A DNA stretch of 24,000 nt from an uncultured Gammaproteobacteria bacterium. GTDB lineage: Bacteria; Pseudomonadota; Gammaproteobacteria; JAURND01. The stretch covers positions 238,209 to 262,208 of the forward strand of contig CAVQQD010000002.1 in the NCBI GenBank assembly GCA_963714975.1, given 5' to 3'. Shown one piece after another: positions 1-12,700 of this stretch. The notes under the pieces are model-generated. The model had not been told where the DNA came from. It did not search any database and saw nothing but the letters and a program-made list of their open reading frames with translations. The position numbers and the translations under genes are program-made. Each line of letters begins with the position of its first letter. Positions within the stretch are counted from its first letter, which is position 1.

Positions 1-738
1 ATACAAAACATTTATTTTTGCGGTGAAAAAGCAAGTACTGATTTAATCTCTACCTTTATCGATCAAACTACGGTTAATCTTACCCATGTATACGGTCCAA
101 CAGAAAATGTCGTATTTTCTACTTACTGCGTTTTAAATAAAGATAATATAACTATTTCTCCTATCGGCAAACATTTAAATGATAAAACTCTTTATATCCT
201 TGATACCCAGCTACATCCTGCACCTATTGGCGCAATTGGCGAGTTATATATCGGTGGCGCTGGAGTCGCACGCGGTTATTTAAATCTTCCTGATTTAACG
301 GCCGAACGCTTTATCACCAATCCCTTTCAAACAGAGGATGAAAAGAAACTCGAGAAAAATGCTCGTCTATACAAGACCGGTGATTTGGTGCGTTATCTCC
401 CTGATGGCAATCTTGAATATATCGGCAGAAATGATTTTCAAGTTAAAATCCGTGGCTTTCGAATTGAGCTGGGTGAAATTGAAAATAAATTACTAGCCTA
501 TCCAGGAATCACACAAGCAGTGGTATTAGCGAGAGAACATGAAGAAACCCAGGGAAAATATTTAGTAGGTTATTATGTTGCGGAAAAATCCTTGGCGCAG
601 GACTGCATCCTTGACTATCTAAGCGGTCAATTACCCGATTATATGCTCCCCAGCAGTTTAGTGTGGTTAGACACATTGCCCTTAACCATTAATGGTAAAT
701 TAGATCGAAATGCATTACCTGATCCTGAGTTTACGACT
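1..738 (+). other. NRPS domain: A1 C-terminal part
   Basis: YGPTENVVF, IGELYIGGAGVARGYL, YKTGDLVRYL, NDFQVKIRGFRIE, TINGKLDRNALP. Partial code: 299=Y, 301=C, 322=V, 330=V, 331=F; residues 235-278 lie outside the window. Confidence 0.93.
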
Positions 739-3700
739 CTATCCAATTATGTCGCCCCGCGCAATGATCTCGAAGCTAAAGTCTGTGCCATATATGCTGA
801 AGTTTTGCATGTACCTGTTGCCAATATTGGTATTCGAGATGATTTCTTTCGATTAGGTGGTGACAGTATTGTCAGTATTCAACTCGTCAGCCGTTTACGC
901 CAACGCTTGGGATTAACGCTTAGCGTTAAAGATATTTTTACCTACAAGACCGTCGAAAAACTTTACGATAGGTTGTTGGCAGCACAGGAATTAATCAGCG
1001 GTGAAAGAGCTGATTTAGTGCTGCGTGAAAGCGGTTTACTCTCTGGTGATCTGGGGCTTTTACCGATCCAAGCCTGGTTTTTCAACCACGTGACGAATGG
1101 TTTCTATCCACAACCCGGGCATTGGAATCAAGCCTTTTTAATCAAAACAGAGAAACTTGGCCCCGCATTATTAAAACATAGCTTGGTAAAATTAATCGAG
1201 TATCACGATGCCTTCAGATTAAATTATCGCTTAACCGATGCAGGTGATTACCAACAATACTACAATCCAAGCATTAATGATAAAAACCTAGATTTTGCTT
1301 ATTTGGACATAACACCTTTCACCAATCCTGACAAATACCAACGTATTTTAACCGATTGGCAAAGTCATTTTGCATTATTCAGTGATTCGCCCTTGTATCA
1401 AATAGGATATCTGGAAAATTATCCTGATGGCAGTAGCCGTATTTTTGTCGCGCTCCATCATTTATTAATCGATGCCGTTAGTTGGCGCATCATTACTCAT
1501 GATTTACATGAACTGTATGAAAAATTAAGTGCTGCAGAAATAAATAATCAACTCGATCAAGTCATGCAACAAAGCAGTGAAACTTTACTCGGTAAAAAAG
1601 GCACTAGCTATCGTCAATGGGTAGAACAAGTGCACGCGTATGCGCATCACTCCGATGAGCAAGAATATTGGCTAACGCAATTATCCGATCTTGCCGCCAT
1701 GGAACAGCAATTAACCAATTTAGTCGTAAGTGAGACTACGAGAAACTACGTGCAATGGAGTTTGGATCGAGAAAATACTCGACGATTACTCACCGAAAGC
1801 AATCGTGCTTATCACACTGAAATCAACGATTTATTATTAACGAGTTTTGCTCGGGCATTGGTCGAATTAACCCAACAAGAAATTCATCATATTATTACCT
1901 TAGAAGGCCATGGTCGCGAAGAAATTGCACCACACCTTGATATTACGCGGACGGTAGGTTGGTTTACTACTTTGTACCCCGTTAAATTGGCAATACACCC
2001 AGAAAGTATGGCAAAATCTATTGTGCAGGTGAAAGAACATTTGCGCAAAATTCCACACAAGGGCATTGGTTATGGCGCCTTATTAGGCTATATCAATCAT
2101 CCCTTACCTCGCATCAGTTTTAATTATCTTGGCCAACTTAATGCCGGCATAGAGCAAGCTCATTGGCATATCACCGGTGAACCTTGCGGCATCACCATCG
2201 TTCCGGAAAATCCAGACCCTAATATCATTAATGCCAATGGTATAGTCACTCAAGGTGAACTACGATTTATCATAGCAGCTAAAATCAGTCAGCAAAATTT
2301 AGCACGATTTGCTGAGGCTTTTAAACAACAATTACTCTCACTGATTCAGTATACCGTCGACTTGCCACGAACGTATTTAACTGCGAGTGATATTGACGAT
2401 ATTATCAGTCAAGATTATTTAGATAAAATCCAGGATACGCGTGAAATCAGCCACGTCTATCTCGCCAATAGTTTACAGCAGGGATTTGTTTATCATGCCT
2501 TAAGTCAAGAATTAGATACTGCTTATCGCGTGCAGATCGTATTTCATTACCACAATCCTTTAGAGCCCGAATTGTTACGCATGGCTTGGCAAGGAGCATT
2601 GCACAAATATCCTGCTTTAAGACTACGATTTTCCTGGGATGAAGCCTTAGTGCAAATCATCGATCAGCATCAAGAGTTACATTGGCAATATAGCGATATC
2701 AGTGCACAAACATCAGAGTTACAAGAACAATTTATTCATGACTTAGTCAGCCAAGATCGTCAACATCCGTATCATTTAGATCAAGGGCATTTGTTGCGGA
2801 TTTTCCTAATCAAGCAAGGAGAGACACACTATACCTGTCTTTTCAGCTGCCATCATGCCATTCTTGATGGTTGGAGTAATCCTATCTTGCTGGGTTTTGT
2901 GCATGATTTGTATGAGCAACTGTATGCTAACCGCACTAACAGCACAGCACAAGCACGCATTTTATCCACAATTCAAGAAGAAACCGCCTACCCTTTAAGC
3001 CAGGCTTATTGGCAAAAAACTGATGTAGCTAGTCAAGCGTTTTGGCAACAGGAAATAGCGCGCATTACTGACCATGCGAATTTAAATGGCCTACTTCGCC
3101 CTGAGAAACGAAGCGTGCGTTTAGCAGAATATCGGTTTATTGAACATAAATCAGAGGTAGCTAGCAAAATTCAAGGACCGTTGTATCAAGCCATCAAAGC
3201 ATATTGCTCTGAGCTTGGGGTAACGGTGAATACCGTACTGCAATATGGGTGGCATAAATTGCTGAGTGTGTATGGCAATAGCCCTATTACGGTGGTGGGC
3301 ACCACAGTTTCAGGACGAAATTTACCCATTGATCATATTGAAAAATCAGTGGGTTTATATATTAATACCTTACCGTTAATCCTTGAACATGAGGATGATA
3401 AAACGATTGCCGCTCAAATAACCCTACTTCAAAACAAAATTAATGAGATCAATAGTCATAGTGCGATCAGCTTAGCGAAATTACAACACTCGGATAGCAG
3501 ATTATTTGACAGTTTATTTGTTTTTGAAAACTATCCCGTTCCACAAAAAATTGCAGACCGTGTACTTAAAGTCAGTGGCTTTCGCGGTACCGAGGAGCTG
3601 GATTATCCTTTGGCAATCATCGCCTACGAACAAGCGGAAACTCTCCAGATTAATCTAAAATATGCAAGAGAGTTATTTAGTCAAGCAACCATTACCACTT

Positions 3701-6700
3701 TATTACATAATTTAGAATTCGTGTTATACCAAATCACGGTCAGCAAAATAGCACAACCCAAAAGTCTTAACTATCTTGACTCAGACAATTACCAAAAAAT
3801 TATTTATGAGTGGAACCAAACGGAAAAAGATTACCCTGCTGATAAAACTATTCAGCAATTATTCGAAGCACAAGTCGAGAGAACGCCCGAACATATTGCT
3901 GTAGTCTTTGAAAATACTCAGCTTACCTACCACGAACTCAATGCTAAATCCAACCAACTCGCGCATTATTTACAGCAGACCTATCAGCCACAAGCCGATG
4001 ATTTAATTGCGCTATGCTTGGATCGCAGCGCACAGATGATTATCACTATTTTAGCGGTGTTAAAAGCGGGTGCCGCCTATGTGCCAATTGATCCTGGCTA
4101 TCCAGAGGAACGTATCCAGTATATTTTGCAAGATACCGACACAAAATTAGTGCTGGCTAATGTTAACCATTACGATAAATTAATTCATATAATTGAATGC
4201 GTGAGTAATAACCAATTGCCGATCCATACCGAAGCTATTGATAGTCCGGAGTTTTCCAACAAATTAAACGCGTATCAAGAAACCAATCTCAAGCAACATG
4301 TTCATAGTACTAATTTAGCTTATGTGATTTATACGAGTGGCACTACCGGAAAACCAAAGGGAGTATTACAGCAACATAATAACGTTCATCGACTATTTTC
4401 AGCAACAGAGGAACTATACCATTTTCACAGCAATGATGTATGGACGCTATTTCATTCCTACATTTTCGATTTTAGTGTATGGGAAATTTGGGGCGCTTTA
4501 TTTTATGGTGGCAAACTGTTCATCCCAAGCTACGAACAAACTAGGGATATAAGCTTATTTTATCAACTCTGTGATCAGTATGGCGTAACAGTGTTGAATC
4601 AAACTCCCACCGCCTTTTATCAATTGATCAATGCAGCTAGCGCTAACCCTCATCATCGCTTAGCTAGCCTACGATATGTTATTTTTGGTGGCGAAGCCCT
4701 GAATTTATCACAATTACTGCCTTGGTTTAATGTTTATGACTATGATAAACCCAGGTTAGTAAACATGTACGGCATAACCGAGACTACTGTCCATGTAACT
4801 TATAAACTAATACAAGCAGAAGATCTAGGAAATAGTTCCTATATAGGAGAACGGCTACCTGATCAAAAAATATATATCGTCGATGCTGACCTTAAGCCAA
4901 TACCTATTGGCGCAATTGGCGAGTTATATATCGGTGGCGCTGGAGTCGCACGCGGTTATTTAAATCTTCCTGATTTAACGGCCGAACGCTTTATCACCAA
5001 TCCCTTTCAAACAGAGGATGAAAAGAAACTCGAGAAAAATGCTCGTCTATACAAGACCGGTGATTTGGTGCGTTATCTCCCTGATGGCAATCTTGAATAT
5101 ATCGGCAGAAATGATTTTCAAGTTAAAATCCGTGGCTTTCGAATTGAGCTGGGTGAAATTGAAAATAAATTACTAGCCTATCCAGGAATCACACAAGCAG
5201 TGGTATTAGCGAGAGAACATGCAGAAACCCAGGGAAAATATTTAGTAGGTTATTATGTTGCGGAAAAATCCTTGGCGCAGGACTGCATCCTTGACTATCT
5301 AAGCGGTCAATTACCCGATTATATGCTCCCCAGCAGTTTAGTGTGGTTAGACACATTGCCCTTAACCATTAATGGTAAATTAGATCGAAATGCATTACCT
5401 GATCCTGAGTTTACGACTCTATCCAATTATGTCGCCCCGCGCAATGATCTCGAAGCTAAAGTCTGTGCCATATATGCTGAAGTTTTGCATGTACCTGTTG
5501 CCAATATTGGTATTCGAGATGATTTCTTTCGATTAGGTGGTGACAGTATTGTCAGTATTCAACTCGTCAGCCGTTTACGCCAACGCTTGGGATTAACGCT
5601 TAGCGTTAAAGATATTTTTACCTACAAGACCGTCGAAAAACTTTACGATAGGTTGTTGGCAGCACAGGAATTAATCAGCGGTGAAAGAGCTGATTTAGTG
5701 CTGCGTGAAAGCGGTTTACTCTCTGGTGATCTGGGGCTTTTACCGATCCAAGCCTGGTTTTTCAACCACGTGACGAATGGTTTCTATCCACAACCCGGGC
5801 ATTGGAATCAAGCCTTTTTAATCAAAACAGAGAAACTTGACCCCGCATTATTAAAACATAGCTTGGTAAAATTAATCGAGTATCACGATGCCTTCAGATT
5901 AAATTATCGCTTAACCGATGCAGGTGATTACCAACAATACTACAATCCAAGCATTAATGATAAAAACCTAGATTTTTCTTATTTGGACATGACACCTTTC
6001 ACCAATCCTGACCAATACCAACGTATTTTAACCGATTGGCAAAGTCATTTTGCATTATTCAGTGATTCGCCCTTATATCAAATAGGATATCTGGAAAATT
6101 ATCCTGATGGCAGTAGCCGTATTTTTGTCGCGCTCCACCATTTATTAATCGATGCCGTTAGTTGGCGCATCATTACTCATGATTTACATGAACTGTATGA
6201 AAAATTAAGTGCTGCAGAAAAAAATAATCAACTCGATCAAGTCATGCAACAAAGCAGTGAAACTTTACTCGGTAAAAAAGGCACTAGCTATCGTCAATGG
6301 GTAGAACAAGTGCACGCGTATGCGCATCACTCCGATGAGCAAGAATATTGGCTAACGCAATTATCCGATCTTGCCGCCATGGAACAGCAATTAACCAATT
6401 TAGTCGTAAGTGAGACTACGAGAAACTACGTGCAATGGAGTTTGGATCGAGAAAATACTCGACGATTACTCACCGAAAGCAATCGTGCTTATCACACTGA
6501 AATCAACGATTTATTATTAACGAGTTTTGCTCGGGCATTGGTCGAATTAACCCAACAAGAAATTCATCATATTATTACCTTAGAAGGCCATGGTCGCGAA
6601 GAAATTGCACCACACCTTGATATTACGCGGACGGTAGGTTGGTTTACTACTTTGTACCCCGTTAAATTGGCAATACACCCAGAAAGTATGGCAAAATCTA

Positions 6701-9700
6701 TTGTGCAGGTGAAAGAACATTTGCGCAAAATTCCACACAAGGGCATTGGTTATGGCGCCTTATTAGGCTATATCAATCATCCCTTACCTCGCATCAGTTT
6801 TAATTATCTTGGCCAACTTAATGCCGGCATAGAGCAAGCTCATTGGCATATCACCGGTGAACCTTGCGGCATCACCATCGTTCCGGAAAATCCAGACCCT
6901 AATATCATTAATGCCAATGGTATAGTCACTCAAGGTGAACTACGATTTACCATAGCAGCTAAAATCAGTCAGCAAAATTTAGCACGATTTGCTGAGGCTT
7001 TTAAACAACAATTACTCTCACTGATTCAGTATACCGTCGACTTGCCACGAACGTATTTAACTGCGAGTGATATTGACGATATTATCAGTCAAGATTATTT
7101 AGATAAAATCCAGGATACGCGTGAAATCAGCCACGTCTATCTCGCCAATAGTTTACAGCAGGGATTTATTTATCATGCCTTAAGTCAAGAATTAGATACT
7201 GCTTATCGCGTGCAGATCGTATTTCATTACCACAATCCTTTAGAGCCCGAATTGTTACGCATGGCTTGGCAAGGAGCATTGCACAAATATCCTGCTTTAA
7301 GACTACGATTTTCCTGGGATGAAGCCTTAGTGCAAATCATCGATCAGCATCAAGAGTTACATTGGCAATATAGCGATATCAGTGCACAAACATCAGAGTT
7401 ACAAGAACAATTTATTCATGACTTAGTCAGCCAAGATCGTCAACATCCGTATCATTTAGATCAAGGGCATTTGTTGCGGATTTTCCTAATCAAGCAAGGA
7501 GAGACACACTATACCTGTCTTTTCAGCTGCCATCATGCCATTCTTGATGGTTGGAGTAATCCTATCTTACTGGGTTTTGTGCATGATTTGTATGAGCAAC
7601 TGTATGCTAACCGCACTAACAGCACAGCACAAGCACGCATTTTATCCACAATTCAAGAAGAAACCGCCTACCCTTTAAGCCAGGCTTATTGGCAAAAAAC
7701 TGATGTAGCTAGTCAAGCGTTTTGGCAACAGGAAATAGCGCGCATTACTGACCATGCGAATTTAAATGGCCTACTTCGCCCTGAGAAACGAAGCGTGCGT
7801 TTAGCAGAATATCGGTTTATTGAACATAAATCAGAGGTAGCTAGCAAAATTCAAGGACCGTTGTATCAAGCCATCAAAGCATATTGCTCTGAGCTTGGGG
7901 TGACGGTGAATACCGTACTGCAATATGGGTGGCATAAATTGCTGAGTGTGTATGGCAATAGCCCTATTACGGTGGTGGGCACCACAGTTTCAGGACGAAA
8001 TTTACCCATTGATCATATTGAAAAATCAGTGGGTTTATATATTAATACCTTACCGTTAATCCTTGAACATGAGGATGATAAAACGATTGCCGCTCAAATA
8101 ACCCTACTTCAAAACAAAATTAATGAGATCAATAGTCATAGTGCGATCAGCTTAGCGAAATTACAACACTCGGATAGCAGATTATTTGACAGTTTATTTG
8201 TTTTTGAAAACTATCCCGTTCCACAAAAAATTGCAGACCGTGTACTTAAAGTCAGTGGCTTTCGCGGTACCGAGGAGCTGGATTATCCTTTGGCAATCAT
8301 CGCCTACGAACAAGCGGAAACTCTCCAGATTAATCTAAAATATGCAAGAGAGTTATTTAGTCAAGCAACCATTACCACTTTATTACATAATTTAGAATTC
8401 GTGTTATACCAAATCACGGTCAGCAAAATAGCACAACCCAAAAGTCTTAACTATCTTGACTCAGACAATTACCAAAAAATTATTTATGAGTGGAACCAAA
8501 CGGAAAAAGATTACCCTGCTGATAAAACTATTCAGCAACTATTTGAAGAGCAAGTCGAGAGAACGCCCGAACATATTGCTGTAGTCTTTGAAAATACCCA
8601 ACTCAGCTATCGTGATCTTAATGCCAAAGCCAATCAATTAGCTCACTACCTAAGGCACAAATATCCAATTCAAGGCGATGACTTAATTGCTTTGTGTTTA
8701 GAACGCAATGAACAGATACTCACTAGCATCTTAGCTGTGCTAAAAACTGGGGCTGCCTATGTGCCAATTGATCCAGATTATCCTGACGAAAGAATCAACT
8801 ATATTTTGGCAGATACAGCTACGCATTTGATCTTAACCAATGAAAATTCGCAAATGAAGCTAAGTGCCATTATAAACCATCATTCCTTACAAACACGAGT
8901 AGAGGCTATTGATAGTCCTGAGTTATACAACAAATTAAATGCTTATCAAGCAACAAATCCCACGCCGCCTATTCATAGTACTAATTTAGCTTATGTGATT
9001 TATACCTCAGGTTCTACCGGTCAACCTAAAGGGGTATTGATCAAACATGGAAGTTTGATCAATGCATTGCAGGCGGTAGATGCGATGATTCAAGTTTCCA
9101 GCCATGACCGCTTCTTGGCTTTAACGACATATACATTTGATATTTCTGGTTTGGAATTTTATTTACCTCTGCTTAAAGGAGCTACTTGCGTGATTGCTCC
9201 AGACAAAGCCAGAATAGATATGACTGTTCTTAAACAAATTCTTCACACCAAAGCTATAACTATCATGCAAGCCACCCCAGCTACCTGGTTAATGCTTCGT
9301 CATTCAAACTGGCAAAGCAAGAAACCATTAAAAATACTTTGTGGCGGCGAAACATTAACTATGCAACTCGCTGCCTCCTTGATTGAGAATCATCATCAAA
9401 TATGGAATATGTATGGTCCAACAGAAACTACCATTTGGTCATCCTGTTGCTTATTACAGGCTGGCAAAGTTAATCCTCCACCAATTGGAAAACCACTAGC
9501 AAATACTCAATTTTACGTGCTAGATCCCCTTACAAATCCTGTACCTATTGGAGTTACCGGTGAGTTATACATCGGAGGAGATGGTCTAGCACGAGGTTAT
9601 TTAAATCTTCCTGATTTAACTGCCGAACGTTTTGTCATCAATCCATTTCAAACAGAAAATCAGAAAAAGCACGGGAAAAATGCTCGCCTATACATGACCG

Positions 9701-12700
9701 GTGATTTAGTGCGTTATTTACCTGATGGCAATATTGAATACATTGGGAGAAATGATTTCCAAGTTAAAATCCGCGGCTTTAGAATTGAGTTGGGTGAAAT
9801 TGAAAATAAATTAATAGCCTATCCAGAAATAAAACAAGCGGTAGTGTTAGTTAAGGAACATCAAACAAACAACGAAAAATACCTCGTGGGTTATTATGTG
9901 GCAGACCAGCCACTCGATGAAAATGCTGTATTAGATTATCTGCATCATCAACTTCCTGAATACATGGTGCCTAGTGTCTTGGTTTATTTAACCCAACTAC
10001 CTTTAACCATCAGTGGGAAATTAGACCGTAGCGCATTACCTGATCCAGAATTGAGTAAAATCACTGAATATGTACCTCCTCGCAATGATTTAGAACGAAA
10101 AGTCTGTGAGATCTACGCAGCAGTTTTAGGTTTACCACCTACTTCTGTGGGCATTCGGGATAATTTCTTTCGCTTAGGGGGTAATAGTATTTTAGCTATT
10201 AAGCTTGTCAGCCAATTAAATAAGCAAATTTTTTCTGACCCCTCTTTTCAAGTAGAAAAATTAATTCAAGTCGCTGAAATTTTTCGGCATAAAACTATCT
10301 TAAGTTTATTAGACAGTCTTTTAAGCGAAGACGAAAGCGAGACCATCATTATTCCTAGCCAAGGACCTATCCAAAAAGCAGGTTTATCTTTTGCCCAAGA
10401 ACGTTTATGGTTTATTGAACAGTATGAAGTTGGAAGCAATGCCTATAATATTCCATTGTTGAAAAAAATACCTGCACAAGTCGATGCTCGATTGTTGGCA
10501 CAAGCGTTACTCTCGGTTGTATCCCGCCATGAAGTATTACATAGTTTGATCAAGACTGATAGTCAGGGTAATGGTTATCAAGAAGTCATCGACTTAAATA
10601 GTTCACCATGTAACATTGCTTATCACTCGTTCTCTGATTCTGCCGCACTTAAAAAATATATTGATACCGAAATCAATCATATTTTTAATTTAAATAGCGA
10701 ATATCCCATTAGAATTCAGCTCCTAACCCAACAAGATACTGCAACAAACTATTTGTTGATCGTGGTACATCACATCGCGTTTGATGGTTGGTCAATTGAA
10801 GTATTTATGCGTGATCTGCAAGCGCTTTATCAGCACGAGCCCTTGCCAGAATTAACCATTCAATATAAAGATTTTTCCATTTGGCAAAGGAATTATTTAA
10901 CTGGAGAACGCCTAGCCCATCAATTAAATTATTGGAAAAATAAACTTAGTGATTATGCTGGATTACATCTACCCACCGATAAACCAAGACCTCCTGAAAT
11001 TAGTTACCTAGGCAACGATGTTTATTTTAGTATTGATCCAAAGACTAGCACTCAATTAAGAGAAATTGCTAAAAAGCTAGGCATCAGTTTATACAGTGTA
11101 TTACTGGCCGGATTTAATTTGCTACTAAGAAGCTACAGCAATCAAGATGATATAGTCATAGGCACTCCCATTGCCAACCGCCACCATCAACAACTCGAAG
11201 ATCTTATCGGATTTTTTGTCAATAGTCTGGCTCTGCGCAGCCAAATAAATCCCGAGCACGCATTGAATCATTACCTAGAAGAAGTGGGTCGTGATGTGAT
11301 CGGGGCACAACTGCATCAAGATCTACCCTTTGAAAAATTGGTAGAAGAACTGGAAATTCCCAAGGATCGCAGCCGTCATCCCCTGTTCCAAGTCATGTTT
11401 GGAGTACAAAGTTTTGCAACTACAACAGCTGAATTATTGGAGCCTGCTTCTTTCACACTGAATTATCCTGTAGCGAAGTTCGATTTAAGTGTTTTTCTCG
11501 ATGATAGCTACGCCGAATTAAGGGGAAATTTTAATTATGCGGAGAGTTTATTTACGAAAGAAACCATCAATATTCTCATTGCCATCTATCAACGTATTTT
11601 GTCACAATTAGCATATGAGCCATTGCTACTAATAAAAAACTTAAGTTATCTCGATGCCACGAGTTATCAAAAAATTATTTATGAGTGGAACCAAACGGAA
11701 AAAGATTACCCTGCTGATAAAACTATTCAGCAACTATTTGAAGAGCAAGTGGCACGAACCCCTGAAAATATTGCCGTAGTTTATGAAAATACTCAGCTTA
11801 CCTACCACGAACTCAATAGCAAAGCCAATCAACTCGCGCATTATCTACAACAAACCTATCAGCCACAAGCCGATGATTTAATTGCGCTATGCTTGGATCG
11901 CAGTGAACAGATGATTATCACCATTTTAGCGGTATTAAAAACTGGCGCTGCCTATGTTCCCATCGATCTTGGTTATCCCGAGGAACGTATCCAGTATATT
12001 TTGCAAGATACTGCCACCAAGCTAGTGCTGACTAATGCCAGACATCAAGATAAATTAACTCATATAATCGACGGTGTGGGTAGTTATCAATTACTGATCA
12101 ACATCGAAGCCATTGATAGTCTTGAGTTATACAACAAATTAAATGCTTATCAAGCAACAAATCCCACGCCGCCTATTCATAGTACTAATTTAGCTTATGT
12201 GATTTATACCTCAGGTTCTACCGGTCAACCTAAAGGGGTATTGATCAAACATGGAAGTTTGATCAATGCATTGCAGGCGGTAGATGCGATGATTCAAGTT
12301 TCCAGCCATGACCGCTTCTTGGCTTTAACGACATATACATTTGATATTTCTGGTTTGGAATTTTATTTACCTCTGCTTAAAGGAGCTACTTGCGTGATTG
12401 CTCCAGACAAAGCCAGAATAGATATGACTGTTCTTAAACAAATTCTTCACACCAAAGCTATAACTATCATGCAAGCCACCCCAGCTACCTGGTTAATGCT
12501 TCGTCATTCAAACTGGCGAAGCAAGAAACCATTAAAAATACTTTGTGGCGGCGAAACATTAACTATGCAACTCGCTGCCTCCTTGATTGAGAATCATCAT
12601 CAAATATGGAATATGTATGGTCCAACAGAAACTACCATTTGGTCATCCTGTTGCTTATTACAGGCTGGTAAAGTTAATCCTCCACCAATTGGAAAACCAC

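Larger units (their letters stand above)
222..3858 (+). repeat. Direct repeat A, copy 1 (3.64 kb; A1 tail-PCP-E-C)
   Basis: Aligns base-for-base at offset +4680 with 4902-8538; about a dozen scattered mismatches seen by eye, no indels. Confidence 0.95.
4902..8538 (+). repeat. Direct repeat A, copy 2 (3.64 kb; A2 tail-PCP-E-C)
   Basis: See copy 1; divergence begins abruptly outside these coordinates. Confidence 0.95.
8908..11922 (+). repeat. Direct repeat B, copy 1 (3.0 kb; Gly A core-PCP-C-start of next A)
   Basis: Aligns at offset +3204 with 12112-15126; roughly 15-20 mismatches seen by eye, no indels. Confidence 0.94.

Noticed and set aside
4337-4552. 71-aa minus/other-frame ORF inside the NRPS (MALPENQREYYSN...)
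   Set aside because: Lies entirely within a strongly supported NRPS A domain; no recognisable motif.
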